NCBI GenBank assembly: GCA_021770245.1
Contig: JAETRI010000008.1
Coordinates: 4,927 to 68,926, forward strand
Source: Lachnospiraceae bacterium
GTDB lineage: Bacteria > Bacillota > Clostridia > Lachnospirales > Lachnospiraceae
Direction of reading: 5' to 3'
DNA length: 64,000 nucleotides
This document shows positions 1 to 9,200 of this stretch, piece after piece (position 1 is the stretch's first letter; every line of letters begins with the position of its first letter). A program made the position numbers and the translations under genes. The notes below the pieces were generated by a model, which was given only the letters and a program-made list of their open reading frames with translations, made no database searches and had not been told where the DNA came from.

Positions 1-387
1 CAGGGGCTTCGCCACGTTCGGGCCGCCGTAATCCAGGATGATTTTTTCCCTCTTCTCCGGCTCCTTGATCCCGAACTTTTCCGCCGCAGCCATTTCCTTC
101 AGATGATTGCAAAGAAACTCCTCCGACAGCTTCAGATTCAAAAAGCCCGGGGCCGCCGCCGCGACCTCCGAAAAGATTTGGCTTCCCGCCATTTTTTCCG
201 CCACATCGTTTGCGATCATAAGCGGGGCCTTATGATATTTCTTCGCTCCGGCCATGGCGCCGTTGCACTGATATTCGCACAGATCCGGCCGGTTGGACAG
301 GGTCACGCGCCCCAGTTCCCCGTCATAACCGGCTTCCTCAAACCCTCTTCTCATCTCCTGTGAGATCAAATCCAGAATATTTTTCAT
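1..387 (-). CDS. argS: arginine--tRNA ligase, N-terminal part (gene continues past position 1)
   Basis: Own minus-strand translation from ATG (complement of 385-387): MKNILDLISQEMRRGFEEAGYDGELGRVTLSNRPDLCEYQCNGAMAGAKKYHKAPL...EKREKIILDYGGPNVAKPL. It has an ArgRS N-domain-like start, and the HIGH-region lead-in (GGPNVAKPL[HVGH]) reaches the window edge. Absent from the ORF track because it is open-ended. Confidence 0.7.
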   Translation of the reverse strand, partial: MKNILDLISQEMRRGFEEAGYDGELGRVTLSNRPDLCEYQCNGAMAGAKKYHKAPLMIANDVAEKMAGSQIFSEVAAAAPGFLNLKLSEEFLCNHLKEMAAAEKFGIKEPEKREKIILDYGGPNVAKPL

Positions 388-390
388 ACT

Positions 391-588
391 TTGCTCCCAT
401 CCGCGTGCGAAGCACGCATTTAAATCAGGGAGGCTGAAAGCGTCCTTCTTTCAGCCTTGCTCCCATCCGCGTGCGAAGCACGCATTCAAATCAGGGAGGC
501 TGAAAGTGTCCTTCTTTCAGCCTTGCTCCCATCCGCGTGCGAAGCACGCATTTAAATCAGGGAGGCTGAAAGCGTCCTTCTTTCAGCC
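391..588 (-). repeat. 3 x 66-bp head-to-tail tandem repeat filling the argS 5' leader (units 391-456, 457-522, 523-588)
   Basis: Unit (plus strand): ttgctcccatccgcgtgcgaagcacgcatttaaatcagggaggctgaaagcgtccttctttcagcc. Only 2 substitutions, both in the middle unit. Each unit has two hairpins (gcgtgc-gaa-gcacgc; ggctgaaag-N7-ctttcagcc). All three minus-strand frames contain stops. Confidence 0.9.
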
Positions 589-633
589 TTAACCTTATCA
601 TGCCGCGTCCCGCGCGGCAACGCGATGCGAAAT

Positions 634-1299
634 TCACGGCTGCAAAACAGCCTCCCGTTCCTTTTGGGAAAAGATACAGCCGCAGTAGTCCTGCCGGTAC
701 AGCCCGTATTGCTCCGACAGCTCTACGGAGCGTTTGTAGCCGTCCCGTTTCTTGAAATCGGAGGGGAGGAACGCCGCGCCGTATTCCTTTCCCAGCCGCT
801 CCCCGATCTCGTTGAGCCATTGGGCGTTTTTTAAGGGACTGATGGTCAGCGTAGTGGTGTAAAAATCGTATCCGCCTTCCGCCGCCCTCCGGGCCGTTTC
901 GCGAAGCCGCAGCTCAAAGCATCTGTAGCACCTCTCCCCGCCCTCCGGAATGTGCTCCACGCCGCGGACGGCCGAAAAGAAGCGCTCCGGCGCATAATCC
1001 CTTTCTTCCAGGAAGATCGGGCAGGCGGACGGAGACCGTTCCTCGTTCAGCCTTTCGATCAGGCGCCTCTGTTCCTCCACCCGTTTCCCGTATTCTGCCC
1101 GGTCCGTGATGTTGGGATTATAATACAGTACGGTGATCCGGAAGTAATCCCTGAGATATTCCAGCACATAACTGCTGCAGGGGGCACAGCAGCTGTGCAG
1201 CAGCAGCCGTTTGGGGGGATTTTCCCGGTCGTCTTTGTCCGTCCCGGGAAGTCCCTCCAGAATCCTTTCCAACGCTTTTTGGTAATTTATCCTGTTCAC
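634..1299 (-). CDS. queH: epoxyqueuosine reductase QueH (DUF208)
   Basis: 221-aa ORF with the QueH Cys pattern: LLLHSCCAPCS, YYNPNI, ERCYRCF, YRQDYCGCIFS. GTG start 4 nt after the carB stop, with RBS aagggg. Confidence 0.8.
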   Translation of the reverse strand: MNRINYQKALERILEGLPGTDKDDRENPPKRLLLHSCCAPCSSYVLEYLRDYFRITVLYYNPNITDRAEYGKRVEEQRRLIERLNEERSPSACPIFLEERDYAPERFFSAVRGVEHIPEGGERCYRCFELRLRETARRAAEGGYDFYTTTLTISPLKNAQWLNEIGERLGKEYGAAFLPSDFKKRDGYKRSVELSEQYGLYRQDYCGCIFSQKEREAVLQP

Positions 1300-1303
1300 G
1301 GCA

Positions 1304-4300
1304 TCACCCCTTATCCAGCGAGGCGATGTCGATCAGGGTCAGTTCGCCGCTTTTGCTCTCCAGGCTGCCCACCAGGGCCCTGGCGGTATCCAGGCTGGTT
1401 AAGCAGTTGACGCCGGTTTCGATGGCGGTACGCCGGATGAGAAAGCCGTCCCTGGACTTGTCCCTGCCCTGGGTGGGCGTATCTATGACCAGGTCGATCC
1501 GATGTCCCAGGATCAGGTCCATCACCGTGGGGGATTCCTGGCTGATCTTGTTGACCTTCCGGACCTTTATCCCCGCCTCCCGCAGCGCTGCCGCAGTGCT
1601 TCTGGTGGCATAGATGATGTAACCCAGCTTTTCATATCTTCGAGCGATCTCGATCGCTTCTCCCTTGTCCGCATCCTTCACCGTAATGATCATCTGTCTG
1701 TGCTTGGGCAGATCCACCCCGGCTCCCAGGAATGCTTTATAGAGGGCCTCATGGAAGGTTTTGGCCAGCCCCAGGCACTCCCCCGTGGATTTCATCTCGG
1801 GCCCCAGGCTGATTTCCGCGCCGCGGATCTTTTCAAAGGAGAACACGGGCATCTTCACCGCCACATATCCCGCTTCCGGCTGCAGGCCCGGTTCGTATCC
1901 CAGCTTTCGCAGCTTCTTTCCCACGATGACCTGGGTGGCCAGATCCACGATGGGAATGCCCGTCACTTTGCTGATATAGGGCACCGTCCGGGAAGAACGG
2001 GGATTGACCTCTATCACGTAGACCTCCTCCCCCACCGCGATGAACTGGATATTGATCAGGCCGATCACGTGCAGGGACCGGGCAAGCCGCCGGGTATATT
2101 CGGCGATGGTGGCCTTGACCCGTTCGCTCACGGTCTGCGCCGGATAGACGGAGATGCTGTCCCCGGAATGCACGCCGGCCCGTTCGATATGCTCCATGAT
2201 ACCGGGAATCACAATGTCCGTGCCGTCGCAGACCGCATCCACCTCCAGTTCCTTTCCCTGAAGGTATTTGTCCACCAGGATGGGGTGATCCTGGGCGATG
2301 CGGTTAATGATCTCCATGAACTCCTCGATCTCCCCGTCGGAAAGGGCGATCTGCATTCCCTGGCCTCCCAGCACATAGGAGGGGCGCACCAGGACAGGGT
2401 AACCCAGGCGGTTTGCCACCTCCTTCGCCTCCTGCGCCGTGTAGACCGTCCCGCCGCTGGGCCTGGGGATTTCGCATTCCTCCAGGATTTGATCGAACAG
2501 CTCCCGATCTTCCGCGGCGTCCACGTCCCGGGCGCTGGTTCCCAGGATGGGCACGCCCATCCGCATCAGGCTTTCCGTCAGCTTGATGGCCGTCTGACCG
2601 CCGAACTGTACCACCGCCCCGTCCGGATGCTCCATATTCACCACATTTTCCACGTCCTCCGGCGTGAGCGGTTCAAAGTACAGCTTGTCGGCGATATCGA
2701 AATCCGTACTCACCGTCTCCGGATTGTTGTTGATGATCACCGTCTCGTAGCCTTCCCTGGAAAAAGCCCAGGTGGCATGGACGGAGCAGTAATCGAATTC
2801 GATCCCCTGCCCGATCCGGATGGGGCCGCTGCCCAGGACTAGGATCTTCTTCGGCGCGTTTTCTCCCCCTCCGCTCTCTGCCCGCGCCGCCTCGTTTTCT
2901 CCTTCATAGACGGAATAATAATAGGGAGTGGCCGCCTCAAACTCCGCCGCGCAGGTATCTACCATCTTGTAAGAGGCCCGGATGCCCTGATCCAGACGCA
3001 TCTGCCGGATCTGCGCCTCCGTCCGTCCGGTGAGGCGGGCGATTACGCCGTCCGGAAACTCCATCCGTTTGGCCTCCCGTAAAAGGTCCGGCGTAAGGGG
3101 CCCTTTCTCCAACGCGTCTTCCGTTTCCACCAGGACGGCGATCTTATCGATGAACCACAGGTCCACCATGGTAATCTCGTGAATGAGCCCGGGGTCGACG
3201 CCCTTCCGGAGGGCTTCCGCGATCACATAGATCCGCTGATCGTCCACCTTTTTTAAGCGGTTTGTCAATTCTTCGGCAGACAGGCTGCCGAAGTCATAGC
3301 TTCTCAGGCAGTCCACATGCTGTTCCAGGGAACGGATGGCCTTCATCAACGCGCCCTCAAAGCTGGTGTGAATGCTCATCACCTCCCCCGTCGCCTTCAT
3401 CTGGGTGGTGAGGGTACGCTTAGCGGTGAGAAATTTATCAAAGGGAAGCCGGGGCAGCTTGACCACGCAGTAATCCAGGGCCGGTTCAAAGCTGGCGTAG
3501 GTTTTCCCGGTAATGGCGTTTTTGATCTCATCCAGGGTGTAGCCCAGGGCGATCTTGGCGGCCACCCGGGCAATGGGATAACCGGTGGCCTTGCTGGCCA
3601 GCGCAGAAGAACGGCTGACCCGGGGATTCACTTCGATGACGCAGTATTCAAAACTGGTGGGATGCAGGGCGAACTGCACGTTGCAGCCGCCGGTAATCTC
3701 CAGCTCGTCGATAATGTTCAGGGCCGCGCTGCGCAGCATCTGATATTCCTTATCCCCCAGGGTCTGGGAGGGGGCCACCACGATGCTGTCCCCGGTATGG
3801 ACGCCCACCGGGTCGATGTTTTCCATGTTGCAGACGGTGATACAGTTTCCCGCGCAGTCCCGCATCACCTCATACTCGATTTCCTTCCACCCGGAGATAC
3901 ACCGCTCCACCAGCACTTCTCCCACCCGGGAAAGGCGGAGGCCGTTCTTGAGGATCTCTTCCAGCTCCGACTGGTCATGGGCGATCCCCCCGCCGCTGCC
4001 TCCCAGCGTATAGGCGGGCCGGAGCACCACCGGATAACCGATCTTCCCGGCAAAGGCGACCCCGTCCTCCACGTTGGTCACCACCAGGGAGGGTGCGCAG
4101 GGCTCCCCGATCTTTTCCATGGTGTCCTTGAATTCCTGCCGGTCCTCCGCCTTACGGATCGTCCGGGAAGTGGTTCCCAGCAGGCGTACCCCGTGGGCCG
4201 CCAGGAAACCGGACTCGTCCAGCTCCATCCCCAGGTTCAGTCCCGCCTGCCCTCCCAGGGTGGGAAGGATGCTGTCCGGCTTCTCCTTCTCGATCAGCTG

Positions 4301-4525
4301 CTCCAAAACCTTCACGGTGAGCGGCTCGATGTATACTCTGTCCGCAATCTCCCGATCCGTCATAATGGTGGCGGGATTGGAATTCACCAACACCACCTCC
4401 ACCCCCTCCTCTTTCAGGGAACGGCAGGCCTGGGTGCCCGCATAATCGAATTCCGCCGCCTGCCCGATTACGATGGGGCCGGAACCGATGACCAGTACTT
4501 TTTTCACATCCGGATTCTTCGGCAT
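1304..4525 (-). CDS. carB: carbamoyl-phosphate synthase large subunit
   Basis: Two ATP-grasp halves (KKVLVIGSGPIVIGQAAEFDYAGTQA; KKILVLGSGPIRIGQGIEFDYC) and an MGS-like C-terminus. Trimmed from the ORF-track start (4564) to ATG 4525 (MPKNPDVKK) behind RBS gaggaag. Confidence 0.95.
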   Translation of the reverse strand: MPKNPDVKKVLVIGSGPIVIGQAAEFDYAGTQACRSLKEEGVEVVLVNSNPATIMTDREIADRVYIEPLTVKVLEQLIEKEKPDSILPTLGGQAGLNLGMELDESGFLAAHGVRLLGTTSRTIRKAEDRQEFKDTMEKIGEPCAPSLVVTNVEDGVAFAGKIGYPVVLRPAYTLGGSGGGIAHDQSELEEILKNGLRLSRVGEVLVERCISGWKEIEYEVMRDCAGNCITVCNMENIDPVGVHTGDSIVVAPSQTLGDKEYQMLRSAALNIIDELEITGGCNVQFALHPTSFEYCVIEVNPRVSRSSALASKATGYPIARVAAKIALGYTLDEIKNAITGKTYASFEPALDYCVVKLPRLPFDKFLTAKRTLTTQMKATGEVMSIHTSFEGALMKAIRSLEQHVDCLRSYDFGSLSAEELTNRLKKVDDQRIYVIAEALRKGVDPGLIHEITMVDLWFIDKIAVLVETEDALEKGPLTPDLLREAKRMEFPDGVIARLTGRTEAQIRQMRLDQGIRASYKMVDTCAAEFEAATPYYYSVYEGENEAARAESGGGENAPKKILVLGSGPIRIGQGIEFDYCSVHATWAFSREGYETVIINNNPETVSTDFDIADKLYFEPLTPEDVENVVNMEHPDGAVVQFGGQTAIKLTESLMRMGVPILGTSARDVDAAEDRELFDQILEECEIPRPSGGTVYTAQEAKEVANRLGYPVLVRPSYVLGGQGMQIALSDGEIEEFMEIINRIAQDHPILVDKYLQGKELEVDAVCDGTDIVIPGIMEHIERAGVHSGDSISVYPAQTVSERVKATIAEYTRRLARSLHVIGLINIQFIAVGEEVYVIEVNPRSSRTVPYISKVTGIPIVDLATQVIVGKKLRKLGYEPGLQPEAGYVAVKMPVFSFEKIRGAEISLGPEMKSTGECLGLAKTFHEALYKAFLGAGVDLPKHRQMIITVKDADKGEAIEIARRYEKLGYIIYATRSTAAALREAGIKVRKVNKISQESPTVMDLILGHRIDLVIDTPTQGRDKSRDGFLIRRTAIETGVNCLTSLDTARALVGSLESKSGELTLIDIASLDKG

Positions 4526-4649
4526 ATCTTCCTCACATTCCGCCGCCGCAGGGCGGCAAAGCATTTAAAAAGGGGAGAACCATTTATGGGAGCGCCGCCG
4601 CGAAACGATATTCGAAGGGACGCACCTCTCCGTCCGGGGATACGGCATA

Positions 4650-5852
4650 TCATCCCCGGTCCATCATCTCGATAAACCGGTCGAACAGATATCCCGAATC
4701 CTGCGGCCCGGGACACGCCTCCGGATGGAACTGCACCGTGAAAATATTTTTCCCCACATACTTAAGCCCCTCATTGGTACCGTCGTTCACATTCACAAAG
4801 GAAGGCACGGCGATCTTCGGATCCAGCCTGTCCGTGTCCACCACATAACCGTGGTTCTGGGAAGAAATATAGACCCGCCCGGTGGCCAGATCCTTCACGG
4901 GATGGTTCCCGCCCCGATGACCGTATTTCATCTTAAAGGTATCCGCCCCGGCAGCCAGGGCCATGAGCTGATGTCCCAGGCAGATGGCGAAGATCGGAAT
5001 GTCCGTATCATAAAGCGTCCGAAGCTCCCGGATCACGCTCCCGCATTCCTTCGGATCCCCCGGGCCGTTGGAGAGCATGATGCCGTCCGGACCGTCCGCA
5101 AGGATCTCCTTTGCGCACGTCTGCGCCGGATAGACGGTCACGTCACACCCACGCATGGCCAGGGAACGGGCAATATTCTCCTTCGCTCCCAGATCCAGAA
5201 GAGCCACACGCTTCCCGACCCCGTTCAGTTTTCTTACCAAAGAAGGGCGCTTCTCCGGCGGCATATCCTCTCCCCGCTGCCTCGCCATCCAGGCCTCCTT
5301 AGAAAAAACGCTGCTGCCCGATATCGGACCGTTCTCCGAAAGATCCCGGCTTCCCCGTATCCGATACTTTTCCCGGCAGGTCACCCTTTCCACCACCCCT
5401 TTGGGCGTATATGCGGCCAGCTTGGGGAGGATTTCCTCCAGACAATACCCACCGCCGGCGGTGATCATGCCGTTCATGGTTCCCTTTTCCCGTAAAAGCC
5501 TGGTAAGGGCCCTGGTATCTATTCCGGCGATCCCGGGTATGCCGTATGCCTCCAGCACCTCCTGAAGGGTGCAGTCGCAGCGGAAATTGCTGGGCCGTCT
5601 GGACAGCTCCCTCACGATGAACCCGTCCGGCCACAGCCTTTTCGACTCCATATCCTCCCGGCATACGCCGTAATTGCCGATCAGCGGATAGGTCATGCAC
5701 ACGGCCTGTCCCGCATAGGAGGGATCCGTGAGCACCTCCAGATAGCCGGCCATGGACGTGTTAAAGACGATTTCACTGATCGCCTCCCCCTTGGCTCCTA
5801 TCTGTGTTCCTTCAAATACGGTGCCGTCCTCCAGAATCAAGTATGCCTTCAT
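4650..5852 (-). CDS. carA: carbamoyl-phosphate synthase small (glutaminase) subunit
   Basis: MKAYLILEDGTVFEG..., CPSase small-chain N-domain plus class I GATase (FAICLGHQL, SQNHGYVV, FTVQFHPEA). Sits directly upstream of carB. Confidence 0.9.
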   Translation of the reverse strand: MKAYLILEDGTVFEGTQIGAKGEAISEIVFNTSMAGYLEVLTDPSYAGQAVCMTYPLIGNYGVCREDMESKRLWPDGFIVRELSRRPSNFRCDCTLQEVLEAYGIPGIAGIDTRALTRLLREKGTMNGMITAGGGYCLEEILPKLAAYTPKGVVERVTCREKYRIRGSRDLSENGPISGSSVFSKEAWMARQRGEDMPPEKRPSLVRKLNGVGKRVALLDLGAKENIARSLAMRGCDVTVYPAQTCAKEILADGPDGIMLSNGPGDPKECGSVIRELRTLYDTDIPIFAICLGHQLMALAAGADTFKMKYGHRGGNHPVKDLATGRVYISSQNHGYVVDTDRLDPKIAVPSFVNVNDGTNEGLKYVGKNIFTVQFHPEACPGPQDSGYLFDRFIEMMDRG

Positions 5853-5931
5853 TTGGTTTTCATCCCTTTCTTCCCGGAAACGCCGGAGCGGCCTTCCCTT
5901 CCATTCCTGCTTCCTTTACCATAATCGCTTC

Positions 5932-5960
5932 ATTGTACCACAAAATTCCTGCGGGTTCAA
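5932..5960 (-). promoter_or_regulatory. sigma-A type promoter of carAB-queH
   Basis: Minus strand reads TTGAAC-17 nt-TACAAT with a TGn extended -10 (gtggTACAAT), about 75 nt upstream of the carA ATG. Confidence 0.55.
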
Positions 5961-5981
5961 ATTTTTTCGGCCGGCTCGGGG

Positions 5982-6134
5982 GCAAACGGTAACAGTTCAT
6001 CCACCCCGCAGGCTCCCGGACGCTGGGACGCACAGGAAAGGATCACGTCGGAAGCCCGCCGCAGGGGTGCAGGGGGTTCCTGCGTTTGCCCGAGGCAGTG
6101 GGCCGCAGGGCCTTTCCTGTGTTTGTCCCGGGCC
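5982..6134. repeat. GC-rich palindromic intergenic repeat, family B (copy B1)
   Basis: caaacggtaacagttcatccaccccgcaggctcccggacgctgggacgcacaggaaagg...ccgcaggggtgcagggggttcctgcgtttgccc...cctttcctgtgtttgtccc. It shares blocks with 10845-10930, 40553-40640 and 47737-48060 (hand alignment). Confidence 0.7.
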
Positions 6135-6231
6135 GGGCCGAAGAGAAAAAGCACCCGGGCCATTCCGGATGCTTCTTCGCAGTTTCCCTCTATTCGTTTG
6201 TTCCCGGCCTCCCCGGGCAGCTGGCCCCCGT

Positions 6232-9200
6232 CTACCTGAAATAGGCCACCCCGGATTCGAAGATCTTCATATCCTGCTCGCCGTAGATGTTCACGGCCAC
6301 GGATTCTCCGCGCCGCTCCACATGCGCCATTTTTCCCAGGATCCTGCCGTCCGGTGAGGTAATTCCCTCTATGGCGGCATAGGAACCGTTCACGTTCCAT
6401 TCCCCGTCCATGGATACGTTCCCCTCGGGATCCGCGTAACGGGTGGCCACCTGGCCGTTTTCAAAGAGCGCTTTGAGCTGCTCTTCTCCCGCCACGAAGC
6501 GTCCTTCCCCATGGGATGCGGGGGTGCAGTAGGTTTCCCCGAGCTTCGCGCCGGCCAGCCAGGGCGAAAGGTCGGATACCACCTTTGTGTACACCATCCT
6601 GGAAATATGCCTGTTGATGGTGTTGAATGTGAGCGTGGGAGAATCCTCCGTCTGGTCCACGATCCTGCCATGGGGAACCAATCCCAGCTTAATCAAGGCC
6701 TGGAAGCCGTTGCAGATCCCCAGGCACAGGCCGTCCCGCTCCTCCGTCAGTTTCGTCACGGCTTCCCTGATCCTGGCATTCCGGAAGGCCGTGGCGAAGA
6801 ATTTGGCGCTCCCGTCCGGTTCGTCACCCGCGGAAAACCCACCGGGGAACATGATGATCTGCGCCTGTGCGATTGCCTTTTCAAATTCTTCCACCGACTG
6901 CCTGATATCCTCTGCCGTCAGGTTCCGGAAGACCTTGGTCACCACTTCGGCGCCCGCCCGTTCGAACGCCCTTGCGCTGTCATATTCGCAGTTGGTTCCG
7001 GGGAAAACGGGGATAAATACCCTGGGACGCGCCACCTTCTCCCGGCAGACATGGATCTGTCCTGCCCGATAAAGTCTGTCCCCGGAGAAATCCATGCCCT
7101 CCGGTGAAAGCCCGCCCTCGGGCGCGGCCACGCTGGGGAATACCTTTTCCAGAGGGGCCTTCCAGGCGTCCAGCATCTCATCCAGAGAAATCTTCTCCTT
7201 CCCGCAGACGAAAACCGGATCTTGGGCGACAATACCGATGCGCTCGTGGGCAAAGTCCACCTCGGGCAGCCGGTCCGCAGGAACCTCCGCCAGGATATCG
7301 CCCAGGGAATTTTCAAACAGCTCCTTAACGTCAATGTCCTCCTCCAGAGTCACGCCCAGACGATTGCCGAAAGCCATCTTGGACAGGGCCGCCGCCACGC
7401 CTTTGCTGTCCAAAGCATAGGCGGACACGATGATCCCTTTGCGCTCCAGCTCCCTGACCTTATCGTACAGAGCGCAGACCTCTTCGTATACCGGGATGTC
7501 GTAGTCGTCCCGCTGGATACAGAAGCGGATGACCCGGTTCCCGGGCTTTTTCAGTTCCGGAGTGATCACATCGCCCGCCTCGGCCACGTCCACGGCGAAG
7601 GACACCAGCGTGGGCGGCACGTCGATTTCGTTGAAGGTGCCCGACATGGAATCCTTTCCTCCGATGGAGGGCAGGCCGTATCCCACCTGGGCATCGAATG
7701 CGCCCAGCAGCGCCGCAAAGGGCTGGCTCCACCTGGACGGATCCTCCGTCATCCTTCTGAAATATTCCTGGAAGGTAAAGCGGATCTTACGGTAATCCCC
7801 GCCGGAAGCCACGATCCTGGCCATGGATTCCGTCACCGCATAAATCGCCCCGTGGTAGGGGCTCCAGGAGGATAAATAGGGATCGAAACCGTAGCTCATC
7901 ATGGTCACCGTGTCCGTCTTTCCGTCCAGGACGGGAAGCTTGGCGATCATGGCCTGCGTTTCGGTGAGCTGGTATTTTCCTCCGTAGGGCATGAGCACGC
8001 TCCCGGCGCCGATGGAGGAGTCGAATTTCTCCACCAGGCCCTTCTGGGAACACACATTCAGGTCGGAAAGCAGGGCGAGCCAGGCTTTCTTCAGCTCTCC
8101 CGCCTCCAGGGCCCGCCCTGCGGCAGGAACCGCATACCGGTCAAAATAACTGCTTCCCTCCTCCGGGATATCCACGTATACGTCCGTCTCCTGATGCGCG
8201 CCGTTGGTATCCAGAAAAGCGCGGGAAATATTCACGATCTCTTTCCCCCGCCAGCTAAGGACCAGGCGGGGTTCCTCCATCACCACGGCCACGCTCACCG
8301 CCTCCAGGTTTTCTTCCTTCGCATAGGCCAGAAAGCGTTCCACATTCTCGGGGGAAACCACGACGGCCATCCGTTCCTGGGATTCGGAGATCGCCAGTTC
8401 CGTACCGTCCAGGCCCGCATATTTTTTCGGCACCTTGTCCAGATCCACCCGAAGCCCGTCCGCCAGCTCCCCGATGGCCACGGACACGCCGCCCGCGCCG
8501 AAATCGTTGCACTTCTTGATCAGCCTGCTGACCTCCGCCCGGCGGAACAGCCTTTGGATTTTACGCTCCGTGGGCGCATTTCCCTTCTGCACCTCTGCCC
8601 CGCAGGTTTCAATGCTCGCCTCCGTGTGCACCTTGGAGGAACCGGTGGCGCCGCCGCAGCCGTCCCGTCCGGTGCGTCCGCCCAGAAGGATGACGACATC
8701 GCCCGGATCGGAGGTTTCCCGAATCACGTTTTTCCTGGGGGCCGCTCCCATCACCGCGCCGATTTCCATCCGTTTTGCCACATAGTCGGGATGATAGATT
8801 TCCTTCACATATCCCGTTGCAAGCCCGATCTGGTTGCCGTAGGAAGAGTAACCGTCCGCCGCGCCGCGCACCAGCTTCTTCTGGGACAGTTTGCCTTTCA
8901 ACGTATCCGCCACGGGCACCGTGGGATCCGCCGCGCCCGTGACGCGCATCGCCTGATACACGTATCCCCTTCCGGAGAGCGGGTCGCGTATGGCCCCGCC
9001 CAGGCAGGTGGCCGCTCCTCCGAAGGGCTCGATCTCCGTGGGATGGTTGTGGGTTTCGTTTTTAAAGAAAACGAGCCATTCCTCCGTTTCCGGCCCGTTT
9101 CCGCGGTCCATTTCCACGGGAACGATCACGGAGCAGGCGTTGATCTCGTCGGATTCCTCCATATCCGCAAGCTTCCCCTCTTTTTTCAGTTTGCGCATCC

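Noticed and set aside
391-588. Could the 66-bp tandem array be a CRISPR array?
   Set aside because: The units are contiguous with no unique spacers between them, there are only three copies, and no cas genes are nearby. It is a tandem repeat, not a CRISPR.
388-633. T-box riboswitch expected upstream of argS.
   Set aside because: I could not find a T-box core sequence, specifier loop or terminator/antiterminator pair by eye, and the interval is filled by the 66-bp repeats. This needs cmsearch to be definitive.
1502-2842. Long antisense ORFs inside real genes: 1502-2842+, 3317-4675+, 8194-9339+, 15031-16113+, 18126-19169+, 20636-21805+, 26354-27337-, 34781-35935+, 41579-42883+, 55647-56600-, 58294-59457-, 61639-62529+.
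   Set aside because: They are shadow ORFs typical of GC-rich DNA. They lie opposite genes with strong family signatures, their translations are Arg/Gly/Pro/His-rich with no recognisable motifs, and they lack RBSs.
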